Both the position numbers and the translations under genes were made by a program. This document shows positions 13,701 to 26,063 of a DNA stretch of 64,000 bases, piece after piece (within the stretch, counting starts at the first letter, position 1; each line of letters begins with the position of its first letter). The notes under the pieces are model-generated. The model saw only the letters and a list, made by a program, of their open reading frames with translations, was not told the origin of the DNA and searched no databases. The DNA is taken from NCBI GenBank assembly GCA_964057225.1, contig OZ059895.1:7626001-7690000 (forward strand), given 5' to 3'. The stretch is from Auanema rhodensis (lineage: Eukaryota > Animalia > Nematoda).

Positions 13701-16700
13701 ATTGTAAAAAATCAGGTGTGTAACTTACTTTCCATATCGACATACGAGGTAACTAATGAAATGAAACTAAAACTGTATATTTTCTCGGTAAGTAAATCGA
13801 ATTTTGTCTGAAATTTCAATGATTAAAATCGTACAAAGAATAGAAGTTGTACTTTACGAGAAGCAAAAGAGTTCTCATCATCATCCTGCAATTTCAAGAT
13901 ATAAGTTCTATTTCACACAAAGAATACTCACAGGCAAAGGTAGTTCATTGGTGTGTGCAAAAATACCTTCATAGACAGGCAATGATCGTAAAAAGAGCTT
14001 AAAAATTCAAAAAGTATATGATTAAATATAGTGAGCATACATTAGCTCCAAGAAATTCGTGATATTCATTAAGTTTGGTGGTCGAACATATAGTATGATT
14101 GAATAACTCCTGATAGTTTTGAAACATAATTTCAATTACGCTAGAAAATTCCTCAAATCTAAAAATTATTAATTGTGAACAAGATTTGCTTTAGCTTCAA
14201 ACTTCTCCCATTCAATGTAGCAAGAAAGAACATCTGGTATCACATCTTTTATAATTCCTAATACAGGACATTTTGCTAGGGTGTCGATTATTGATAACTG
14301 TTCTAAAATTTTTTTTGCATATTTTTCAAAAAATATTAAATACTTACCGTCAAGGGTATACTTTAAATCGAACAATGAAGTAAAGATTCTGATCCAAATA
14401 TTCCTTAATGTTATCGGTTTCAAAGAGAATTCATTCAAACAACGAGAAAGGAAAGGAATGTTTACAGAAGTTATTTGTAAAATTATTGAAAACACATTCT
14501 CTCTAACGTTCTCATCCAAAAAATCGAAAAGAACTTTGAAAGCTTCTAAATCTTCCTTCTTGAAAAGAGCAACACAATTTAACGCAACTGTTGTAAATAT
14601 GTTCTTTTCACTGTCTAAACAAAAACAATAATACAAATATTATATATATATATACCTCTTATCAATCTTTCAATTTGATTGAAAGGCTTTTCTCCTAGCT
14701 TAGCCATTTCAACCAAAAGGATAGTTTCAAATTCAAAAGCATCAGCATATGTCACACGAGAATTCAAAACCTAAAAATTTTTAATACTTGCAAGATAATT
14801 ATATATACCTGCGGTAATCTATTAGTAAAAAGTATAATCCTGAGAGAAACTCTAGCTAATAATGTTACTTTAGTTTTATCTAAGTAATGATCATCTTGGT
14901 AAGAAAGATTATATAAATCTTCAAGCAAACTTGGCAAACTCTAAATTCAGTTCATATGCAATGATATGATATACCAATATAGTTTTTTACCTCAAGAACA
15001 CTTTTAAGATAGTCATCTGTGCAAGTTAAAAGACCTTCGTAAAAGTTCACATTCAAATTTCGAAGTCTAAGAGTTCCAATATGGAATTCCAAAAATTGAG
15101 GTTTACATGGTAAAAACAATGCACTCAGGAACTGATCAGATTCTGGACGCTATAACAAAATGTTATGAAATATGTTTCCTTAAAAACAAACTCTATTGAA
15201 GACATTGAATTGAAGAATGTTGAGAAACTTATTAAAAACATTTCGAGGAATCCAAGCTAAATCCTGGATTAGATTCGAGAATTCTCCTATAGAAACAAAA
15301 TCATCAATTACATAGTCAATACCATTAGTAATCTGATAATCATAATATATACAAAATATGAAACTAAATTTATAACTTACTAATCCCAAAACCGCATCTA
15401 TAGTTGATTCATTCTCGAAATTCTTTAGCAAATACTTACAAGTTTCAACAAAGGATTTCGTCCAACTTGGAATAAACGCAGCATTCTGAAAAAAACGTTC
15501 TAATGAGTAAAAAAATCATACTTTGTTACCTGTAAAGGCATGTTATCCATAAAAGATTCAAGAGCACGAAGAGAAAAGGTTGATTTTTCTTCTTCGTTTA
15601 AAAATCGGTTGATCAGCGCAATAGCGGGTAAGTAGTAATGATAACAATTATACCTCATGCTATATTAATGAAATAGTTAAGTTATTTGTAATAAAACTAA
15701 CGATGATTTTATTCGTATTAAATGGAGAAGCTTCGGAGTCAGCTCTTTTCTTATACTAATCTTTGTTCCAAATCTGAAGTCATATTTCAATAATAATACA
15801 AATTAGATGATATACCTTTCATTTTGCAAAAGACTAAGTAAAAGTTCAAAACAGCATTTTCCTATAGTTTCAGAATCAAGATTTGCAACAATATACTTAG
15901 GAAGCAAGCCTTCGAGAATGCTCTTAAATACAAAGTATAATAGAATTATTATAAATTCAAGTTGCTTACCTCTTCGAACGATTTTGATAGCAGACACAAG
16001 TGCAAGAAAGAATTTTGAACCTTTAACACACATTATCAAAAACTAAACATTTAAGTGTTGATCTACCTGTGTATTTCCACTTAAAATTTGCTTTAGAGCC
16101 CCATTATTCTGGAAAAGCTCCCCTAGTAAGTTCAATGCTTCTTGATTCTCACAATTATTTTCCATTAATTTACATAAGCACTGAACAATTATAATAGCAG
16201 TATTCAAAAAAAATTAAAATTCATACTCGCGCTGATTGACTCAAAATTCTGTGATCACGTTGAATTTGAGATTCATCTTCATCGAATCTTAAATGTACAG
16301 TTCGAAAAAATTTACTATGATTGAATATTACTTTTGTGGAAGATTCAAAGGGTGTCTTTGAGTTACTAATGATACCGCGATTTCAAATGCTTTTCCCGAA
16401 AATAATTTTACAACCTGAAATATATCAAAACATAGAAAAAATTAAAGCATTTTAAAACTTCATTCTAATCAACGCTTTCTAATTAAAAAACTAACTTTCT
16501 CGGCTTTATCAGGGAAGCAAGTTTGTAGCAAGTTATCACTTGCGTTCACAACACTGGTCAAAGGATCGCAAGATGCTAATAATACAAAGGGAATCACCTA
16601 GATGTAAAGAAATTATCTCGTCAAAGATTATAAATAATCAAATACCTTCTCCAAATTTTTTTCAGCACTTTTTTTCAATACTTCAATGTAAAATGAAAGA

Positions 16701-17260
16701 ACTTTCAATGAAAGTGATCGTACAGAAACACTGCTATCCTTCAATATTTCTATTTAACTTATATAAAATGTCATAGTACTCACTAATGAAAGTTTATCGA
16801 ATATTGTACAATAATAGTCATAAGCAGCTTTACTATCTTTAGGGTCTTTCGAAAAACTGACAGAACAAATTTCTCTTAAAGCCTGAACTGATTCACAATT
16901 TTTGAACATTTGACAGACAGACAAACCTTTTCGCGAGTTTGTGGGTCTTTTTTAGCCAATTTTTTGAAAATTTGAATTAATTCAGGTTCAATTTCATTGC
17001 CTGGTTCAAAATCATTTGAATCATTTGTGGCAGCCAAAGCTTAAAAATATATATGAACTTTTATGAACAAATTCAGAAATAGTACATCCATCTATTCCTA
17101 AAAACGACAGGGTATGTCCTGATGAAGAAAGTAACTCTGCTGCACGAGCACTACTAGCTGACTGCAAATAAATATATATATATATATATATATTAATAAA
17201 AAACTAGAAAGTATAGTTTAAACTTACTGAAACATTTTTTTTTCTACGATTTCCGCTCAT
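10761..17260 (-). CDS. LTN1: E3 ubiquitin ligase listerin (RNF160/Ltn1), many exons
   Basis: N-terminus MSGNRRKKNVS|SASSARAAELL..FKKLAKKDPQTREK. C-terminal RWD region (KTIPVARQVVAEYIVDETTMRLILTLPLNYPL), ILIWRNNVDKDVEGTEACSICL, RING ending TWFQSSGKETCPLCRNHFLGSR*. Confidence 0.95.
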
Positions 17261-17565
17261 TACACAATGTTGTGCAATATTTAAATTAATAAAAATCGAA
17301 AAGAGGACCCCTACTAATTATTTTTGATGGGCTCAACTTGTGAAAACCTTAAGAATAATAGTAAATAACAGCAATAATTTACAAAAGTAATGCTCGAAGA
17401 AGGTTAATTAAGTTGTTACTGAAACATAACGAGAAAAGTTTACCCAGCATTTAAAAAGGGGCGTGGCGTACGTAACGATATGACCGCGGGAGTGTGATAT
17501 TTTTTTGCAATTTCAAAAACTGTATTGCAAGCTGGAAGTCTAATCAGTATTTGAGGCTTCGCGAG
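17261..17565. promoter_or_regulatory. Short bidirectional promoter between LTN1 and the FLASH-like gene
   Basis: Head-to-head ATGs about 305 bp apart, with a single GC/CpG patch at 17458-17491 in AT-rich DNA. Confidence 0.55.
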
Positions 17566-20500
17566 ATGGTAAGTGGGACAGTTTCAGAAAATCAAGAATC
17601 TAGGACCTATAATGAATGGAGCTGGCTTGAAGGTATAAATATTTTTTTGAATATGTTAATGAAACTTGATTTGTTAGATTCTCCAAATGAGAACAACGTA
17701 CCTTTGAAAAATGTGAATAATCCTGTTAAAGTGAATGCTACACCTGAAAAACCTAAAAACAAAGTTGTTGCAACAAATGTGGGTGCTTTTGTTATCTTAT
17801 TTTATTTTTGTTCTACATATTTTAGCAAAGAAAGCAAGCAGAAGAAGTTTTAGCAAACTATGCTAATAATATGCGGAAGCTTATTATTACAGCTAGACAA
17901 CAAATAAATAGTTTAAATTCTGAAGTAATTGAGTTGAATCAGAAGTAGGAATCTTTATTAAAATAATTAACATATGTTGAATACAGGTTAGAATCAAGTG
18001 GGATAATTCAGTGCCCAGCATGTTGCTTTAGATTTAAAGAAAGAAATCATCGACAAGTTCCAAAATATATTAAGGTGTTGCATTAATCATACTTTAAACT
18101 GAATACAACAATTTTGGGTTTTTCGAGGAAAACTGTCTATTGAAATGGAGTTTGGCTCCCTTGATCTTTTATCCGAATATCTTACACTGAATGGATTGGA
18201 TAAAATGGCTGATGGTTTACCAACATTGATGGCACCTGAAGTAGCTGAAGAACCATCATTAGCAAATACAGGAAGCATTCTGCCAACCCTGGAAACTGAA
18301 GTTAGTATTTTGAATTATGTACGAGTTTATTTATTACTTCATAGAAATCAAAAAATAATACCGGTAAATTCCAAAAGAATGTAACTTCAAATTCCCAAGT
18401 TGAAAAAAATTCTTCAGCCAAACCTAAATGCAATCCCAAAATTCGAAAAGAACCTGTGCCCTCTGCGAGCAACAGGTATCACTTTTCTTTTATATAACCT
18501 TAATTGTATGCATTTTTAAGATGTGAAAACAAAGCTGTTTCAAAATCTCTAAGCGTAGGCCAAAAACGAAAAGCTTCTCCAATAAAACATCCTCAATCTC
18601 GAAGACGATCGCCTGAAAATGTTTGAAAATATTCAAATAAATAAAGTTTTTTCTGTACTTTCAGAAGAAAACCAGAGTTGAGGAATGCTCAAGTAGTAAA
18701 ATGAGAAATGTAATATTCACATATTCTGGTGTTTTATCCGAATCAGTTTTTTTCTTAGGGTGCTTGTGATGTCCGTTTGAATTCTAGTTCATGTCGTCGA
18801 ACTCGGGATGAAGATAGAAAAGAAATGGTTTCATTCAATGTTTTAATATGATTTAGGTTATTGTTGTTCAGGACATCGTGCCACGTTCTCGAAAATGTTC
18901 TCGGGACAATGATAAATCTGTTCAAAAAAGTTCACGAAACGATGAATCTTATAAGGAAAAGGACAAGAATAACAGAAAACAGGAAGAAAAAAATTCCACA
19001 AAGTTGACACGAAAGAGCGCTCGACATTGTTTGAATAATTCGAATGAAACGACCGTAAGCAATTTCACCCGAATAGTTTTCGTTTATACCGTTTTTAATT
19101 ATCAGACGCACATTTCTAGTAAAGGATCGCGTTCTGAGAAAATAGAAATAGTTAAGGTTTGTCGCTTAAGTGCTTCTGATCTAAAATATTTTTTCGGAAT
19201 TTTTCAGAAAGATCGAACTCAAAAGCGCAGTTTTCCCTCTCCCGAGAAATCTACCAATGTTGAGGTTTAACTATTTGAACTATATATTTTTAATTCTTCA
19301 TTTAAGAATAAAAAGATCGACGATAAGTCATACGGATCCGGAAACTCTTCCAAGCTTGAAAATAATTCTATAGCCTTAGAAGATGGTGAAATCGACGATA
19401 ACTTTGTTATGAAGAGTGATCAATCTAAAGATCAACTTCTAATAAATTCAGGTGATTATCAACAGTCAAAAAATACAATTGCTAGTAAAATAAATTCTGC
19501 ATTAGAGGTGAGCTTCTATAATAAAAATCTTAGTATATCTTTATATTGAAGAATTTATCCGATCCGTGTACTTCTCATAATAGATTATGTTGGATAGATC
19601 CTAATGAACTTTCTTTCTGTGAATTGAACGAAAATCAACCTATGTATTTCCGTCATGTGAACATTGGTGCTATTAGTGATAATCAATTTTTAAATTCTTG
19701 TGATACTCTTGTACCCTGTGATAATAGAACAGGCAATGTTCTTCTCCCTAATGAGAGCCCGTTAGTTATTTCTTAAATTTGCTCACTTTATTTCGAAATA
19801 TTTTTAGCATTGCCTTGTTAAATTGTGTTAATAACTCGAAACAAAACGCGCAGTTCGATCGATTTAATGAAGAAGATCCTATTCCACAGCAAACACATCC
19901 AGAAGCTCGAATTAGTTTTGCGAGGTTTTTTTATTTTTAATTCCATATAAACTATTCATTTATTTAATTTCTAGTGATGAACCATCTAGTTGTGGGAGAA
20001 ATCTCATTCAAACTTTTCCTAAAAAGAAAGAAAAAGAAGTTGCTGACCGAATCGCCGTTATTTCAGAAAATTCTAAAAAAGTAAAATTAGTTGAAGATGA
20101 TCAAAACATATTTGTTGAAAATCTCCAGCCATCATGTATCATCGAGGCTCCCAGTACAATAGAAGCTCCCAGTACGATAGAAACTCACAGTACTATCAAT
20201 TCTCCCAATGTTGTCAAGGCTAGCAATATTGTCGAGGCTACTAATGCTGTTGAGTCTATCAGTACTGTTAAGTCTACCAGTAGTATCAAGGTTCCCAGAT
20301 TTATCCAAGCTCCCAGTACTGTTGAATCTACCAGTACTGCCGAGTCTACTAGTAGAATTCCTCAGAATCATAAGACTATGGAGAATCCCAAGATTATGGA
20401 GAATTCCAAGACTATGGAGAATCCCAAGACTATGGAGAATCCCAAGACTATGGAAGATCCAAAAACTATGGAGAATCCCAAGACTATGGAAGATCCCAAG

Positions 20501-21131
20501 ACTATGGAAGATCCAAAAACTATGGAAGATCCTAAAACTATGGAAGATCCTAAAACTATGGAAGATCCTAAAACTATGGAAGATCCTAAAACTATGGAAG
20601 ATCCTAAAACTATGGAAGATCCTAAAACTATGGAAGATCCTAAAACTATGGAAGATCCCAAAACTATGGAAGATCCCAAAACTATGGAAGATCCCAAAAC
20701 TATCAAGACTCCCAGTAGTATCAAGGTTCCCAGAACTATAAAGGCTCCCAGCACCTTCGAAACTCATAATACTGCCGTTAGTTCTATAGAAGCTTCTAGC
20801 GTTGTCGAGGTAGCTAGGTCAATAAAGCCTAGTGCTGTGGATGTTCCTAGGTCTATAGATGCACCCAATAGTGCGGACGTTCCAGAAAACAACAAAAAAT
20901 TGGAAACTACTGCGATTTCTGATGATGAAATGGAATTTGGTGTTGTTGTTTCATGTGAAGAGGACATTCTAAGTGATAATTTTGAAAGTGATAATGAAAG
21001 CTGTAATAGTATGATTTCGAATATGCGATTAGACCTTATGTCCTATTTTAGATTTTGAAGTTGTTGATTCAGAGAATGATATACTCGACGAACAATATTC
21101 AGACCAAGAAGAGGAATTTGAATCATCCTGA
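17566..21131 (+). CDS. Uncharacterised protein with FLASH/CASP8AP2-like N-terminal coiled coil, CxxC motif, basic low-complexity middle, (EDPKTM)n repeat and acidic tail; multi-exon
   Basis: Exon 17826-17944 reads QRKQAEEVLANYANNMRKLIITARQQINSLNSEVIELNQK, followed by LESSGIIQCPACCFRF. Later exons are in the ORF track (18145.., 18878.., 19546.., 20378..). Ends EEEFESS* at 21131. The start codon is uncertain. Confidence 0.7.
20372..20701 (+). repeat. Coding 18-bp minisatellite (GAAGATCCTAAAACTATG, about 18 copies; EDPKTM)
   Basis: Directly visible tandem units. Degenerate 6-aa units flank it on both sides (about 20141-20880). Confidence 0.97.
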
Positions 21132-21718
21132 TAATACATAATGTGAGCCCTTATCTTTGATCTTATATATCTATATATATGAACTTATAAATAATAAAGC
21201 AGCTGTTATTGTCTGTATTATTTTAAAGCACCGTAATATGAGAAATTGCAAGATATCCAATGATATCATAGTGACTAGACTATAAAAGAAATGAGAAATA
21301 ATTACTCTAATGTAGACATTAGCCACGAAATACTACAAATAGAAAGAAAGGATGAACGAGAATCAGAAACCAGAACAAAAAGCGTACAAGAGTTACACAA
21401 AAGTACCAGTTTAGCGATGTCAGCAACATCTATGAGCAAAAGCAAATAAGGGCAATAATAAATTTCAAATATAGTTTCAGTTTTTCGCACATTATAATAT
21501 TGGATATAGCCTATCAGTGAACATTAGTGTCTCAAAAAATAATCTACAAAATCTTGGTTCTGAATGAACAAAAGTAGAATAAGAGCTAATGTACTAACGT
21601 TCTATTTCGGATCATTGGACACATAGAACATAAACAAAAGATTTTCGGTGAAATATTAAAATAGCATAAACGATGAGAAATTTGAGAAAAGCGTCTTTAG
21701 AAGCGAATGAGCGGTATT

Positions 21719-23268
21719 CTACAAACATTTATATTCGATAGATAGTTCTTCGCCGCCCCAGCTTGTGGCTGGCATCCTTCGGTAGCCGAGCGGGCAATTA
21801 CAGAAAACAAGCGTTGAAGAGATTGATGAAACTGCTTTTCCTGAAACAAACAACAATTATCAGCAGAAAATATAATAAAATATCTAATCAGACTGCCTGT
21901 TCTCCTAACACGTGGCAAAAAATAAGTGGAAGTGCCGTTAAACTCTGAGAACATATTCCAACGAGGCAATAAAGATACTGATAAAAGGAGAAGACGCGAA
22001 CAAGAGATGGGATAAATGACTGTGAACTGCAGACAAAGCACAAAAGAGAAAGAAAAAAAGGAAAAGATACACGACAGAACAAAACAATGGAGGAGGACAA
22101 AGAAATTAAATGAGTCATCGGCGCTGTAACTAAAAACAGCAGCAATCAGGCAAAATTTGATTTTTTTGTGGAACAGCAGACTTCACGCAATGGCAGTTGG
22201 GATAAGTTGCTGTTCATTTTACCCTATGAACTAGCAAGTTTGCTGATTTTAAATCGAATGTAATTATTAACACATCTTAATTGTCCTTTTCTCTGAATTA
22301 GTGAATAAATCTCTGCTACTCTCTCTTGATTTCTCAGTCACTTGCAGACATAATTCTGCCTCGGGGTGTCGATCAATCCCCCTTTACCCTCTATCAATGA
22401 GCCACACAACAGTTGTCCTGACCCACGACAGAAAAGTCTGCAACAATAAAGCTCCAATGCACGATGAAGAACAGAAGAAGCGACAGAATGAGATGAGGTT
22501 GAATAACTCAATAGAATGCTAACTAATAAATATCACAACCAAAACTTTCTTAACTTCCGGTACACTTATCTTTCAATATATTTAAAATGTTGTTAATTAG
22601 ACAACTGTTACTTGTCTAAACTAGATGGACCACCCCCATGCATGCGCGAACTCCCTTTTCTTAGTTTCACTCAATTGCAAGCAGAAGAAAGTCTTGAAAA
22701 AAGAGAAAGAAAAAAAAACTTGCCGGTATTCTCCGCGGGCCCGATCACACGAATTACTCCACGCCGTCCCTAAAAAAAACTTTTTCAAATTTTCGAACGA
22801 ACTTTAAGACATACCGTGCATGGCAATGCAATTTGTTTACTGACATCCTCACAAAATGTGAGTTGAATCGTTTCATCTAACTTCATGCTTCTTGAATCAA
22901 TAGAAGAATCACATGTAGCGTTTCCTGCACATTCACAAAGGTCGAAACTAAAGAAAGCCACTTTAAGAATAAAAACAGAAAGATAGCTATGTGATTTCCA
23001 GAGTCTACTTACTTATCAACATCCGGTGTTTGACTGTAGTCGAAGGGCACTGTATCAAACACTTCATCATATAGAGGAATCATTCCAGATCCATAACCTG
23101 AGGCATCCTAGAAGATATTATTAAAAATTTGAATAAGCATCGTAAACATACCTCCTCGATTGCTGGAAAAGTTCTGAGCTGTGCAGAGCAAGCTTGTACT
23201 CGGGTACAAGTAGCAGCCCAGAGCGGTGACACTAAGAAAATTGAACACAACAGGTAACTTTGCAGCAT
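21719..23268 (-). CDS. Secreted cysteine-rich Argos/giant-lens-like protein, 170 aa, 5 exons
   Basis: Exons 23268-23152, 23107-23013, 22947-22815, 22769-22724 and 21840-21719 (513 nt, in frame). Signal peptide MLQSYLLCSIFLVSPLWA, then 10 Cys in a 6+4 arrangement. Intron 4 needs a GC donor. Confidence 0.75.
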
Positions 23269-25039
23269 TCTCCTCTAAAACAAGAAAATCAAGTTAAAAA
23301 ATCGTAGGATACACAAAAGAATGGTTATGAATTTTAAACATAAGATTAGCATGATATTAATATTGTTCTTTAGTTCAGCTTAAATGTGAAACGCTAATAA
23401 AAACATCAAATAATATAACTTTGTAATCTACAATTAATTACAAAAATCATATTAAACACAAACTTGTCAAACGATAAAATGGAAACGGAACATTCGAATG
23501 TTTAGGCTGTCAAAAAATTGAAAGCTGCCAAACATCAGCTGGCGTTTTTATCAGCTTGATAAGTTTACTAATCACAATGAAAGAAAAATATAAGAATTTA
23601 GCAGATATGACAGATAAAGAAAATTCAAACATGGTTATAAATCACAGTAGAATAAACTGTGATGAAGTAATCAATTATCTTGGAAGAGAAGTGAAAGACA
23701 TCAGTATTATTGCAAAGTACAATAACTCTGATTACGAAGAAAACAAGGTTGGCAATTAAACTATTGGATAAGTCCGAAATGAAAGATAAATGGTAAAAAA
23801 GAGCTTGACACCTTTCAATTCCGCAGGAATTTCATTATCACCCCCCGTCTCCATCAATCCGCCTGGAGAGAATCGAGTGCACAACGGGACCCCGAGCAAA
23901 TGACTGAGATAGCTGGTGTCTTTCAATGCCTCCGCCTCTAATCTAACCTTATGACCCCTCTGGCCATCTCAATAGAGACACTATTAAAAGAGATATTGAG
24001 AGGGGTGAGAGATACCGGCAATACAAGATAAAGACATATCACAAAGTAGCAGATTGAGGGGAGAATGAGAAGAATGGAGAGGAAACACATATCTGACAAC
24101 ATAGGAAACTCACAGATTTTCTTCTTCGGGGCTTCGAAGGTAGATCAGTAAGACGAAATAGGCGTCAACTCTAGAATAACAAAATAGTAAGAGTTCTAAT
24201 AAAACAATAATATTCTAAAATCGGATTCTTAATATTTCAAACATAACAACATAAAAATGTACATTCAAATTTCTGGTTTTACTAAACAATATGCCACTTC
24301 AGACATTCTGATTACAAAAGCTAATAAAAATCTTTACCGGAAATATGATCTCCTCTGATTTTCCTAGATACAGGAAGTGTGTTACCAAGTTCGCTGCTCT
24401 CTTACGCTATTATTCTGGAAAATCAAATTCCCAGGATATAAATAAAGCAAGCAAAAAAATTATATATTTATAAAAAAAGATAAAATAGCATACATTTCGA
24501 GATCTAAAAAAATCGAATATTAATATAACACTTTCATTTTGGTTGCAATTACAAAGAAACTACTATCTTATAGGAAAAAAACAATTAATAAGGACGAAAA
24601 CTACGATCAACACAATGACGAATGGGAAAACCCGTAATTATTTCAGGCATGCTATTAACTATTTGTTTTAATTCAGCAGGAGGCAACCAAGAATATGGTG
24701 AAAGAGCATAACGAATTACCTTAAATTAAAAATAAATCAATATAAATTACTAGATGATTGATACTAACAAGATTTCTGTCATATTCTACACGCATGTACC
24801 GATTTCCATTTTGTCCTGTACAGTACTCTATTTTACCGCCATCTCGAGACATCAATGAAGAAACTACCAGCATATCTACAATTATTTTTATAAGCACCTA
24901 TTATAGTATCATACTAGAATTGAAAAGATTTACTTTCATTTACTAACTTAACCAATAAATTAGAAAAATTTAGAAATATATATTAGCAGAGAATTAAATC
25001 AATTGGTTGTGAGAAATTCGTCACTGGGTTTGTGTATTG

Positions 25040-25095
25040 TTCACGTGACGTTCTATTAGCATTTTACGTGTTAATTTCACGTGAATAACGTGAAC
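25040..25095. promoter_or_regulatory. E-box cluster (two TCACGTGA plus two ACGTG)
   Basis: TCACGTGA at about 25041 and 25077, TACGTG at about 25065 and AACGTG at about 25087, all within 55 bp. Confidence 0.4.
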
Positions 25096-26063
25096 CATGT
25101 TATCTTAAAAGAAATGTATTCTAGACATGTCAACTGAAGTGATTATTTTGAACTTCTAATCTTTTTTAAATTTCTACACTGATTAGCATTGTTAATTTCC
25201 CCAAAGGATTCCTTCAATTTGTTGTCGACAAATGTTTTCAATTTTCTGTAGCTTAGGCATACACTATACAGCATTGTTTTATTTTTAACCCAACTGCACC
25301 AGTACTTCTTAATTATTTTCTAAGAAACATTGGGCATAAAGCAATATGCAATCAACAGTTTAATGTTTATCTCTGTTTATTTATCAGTTTTTATACATTC
25401 ATTAAAAACAAATAAGAATTAATATGGTTCATTATATTCCTGATTATAAACCATGAAACTAAGATTTAATATGGTAAGATGTTGTACAAAGAACCAATTT
25501 ACACGAGACATAAGGATGTCTGAGAGAAAATACGAATGAGATATAATTGGCAGTAAAACAGATGTATCTAACTATACACTGGGGAAAGACGGTGATTATC
25601 AGACACCTGTCCTAGATAAGCACTATATACAAAGTGCCTTTCGAATAGTTCGCTGAGCAAACTTGGAAAAAAATTATAATGAGGAAGAGGAGATACTAAT
25701 TAATAGAACGGAGAATATCAATGCGAACTACCCCATCGAATATAGAAATCTCGACCCGATTTCCCAACGCGCATCTGCAGTACACCGAACAAAGGTAGAC
25801 GGCGTCAAAGAAGCAAGCACAACCAATAATAAAGAACTTCACAAATAAATAAATAGATAGATCCGATAAAGTAGAGGTTGGGGTTTCGTGAATAAGACTA
25901 CATACATAAATAAAGTGAGAATATAATTAAATAGCCCACATAAAAAATTATGATAAAAAAACCGGATTAGAACCTTAACGAAGGGGTCGGCAACGCAGTT
26001 TGACCCTACCGGTGCTTATCAATACCTAGCTAGTAACTAACAGTAGTATAAGAATTTAAAACA

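Noticed and set aside
17566-17612. ATG|GTAAGT donor spliced to TAG|GACCTA would give MDL, echoing the FLASH LDLY motif
   Set aside because: The implied intron is only 35 nt and the product hits TAA immediately (MDL*), so it is not supportable.
20372-20701. Regular short repeats resembling a CRISPR array
   Set aside because: Head-to-tail 18-bp units with no unique spacers, in frame within a eukaryotic exon, and no cas genes.
20132-20767. Overlapping ORFs (IFHSFR)n, (LWKILK)n and (IVLGSS)n
   Set aside because: Alternative frames of the stop-poor minisatellite. Only the EDPKTM frame connects to the flanking spliced exons.
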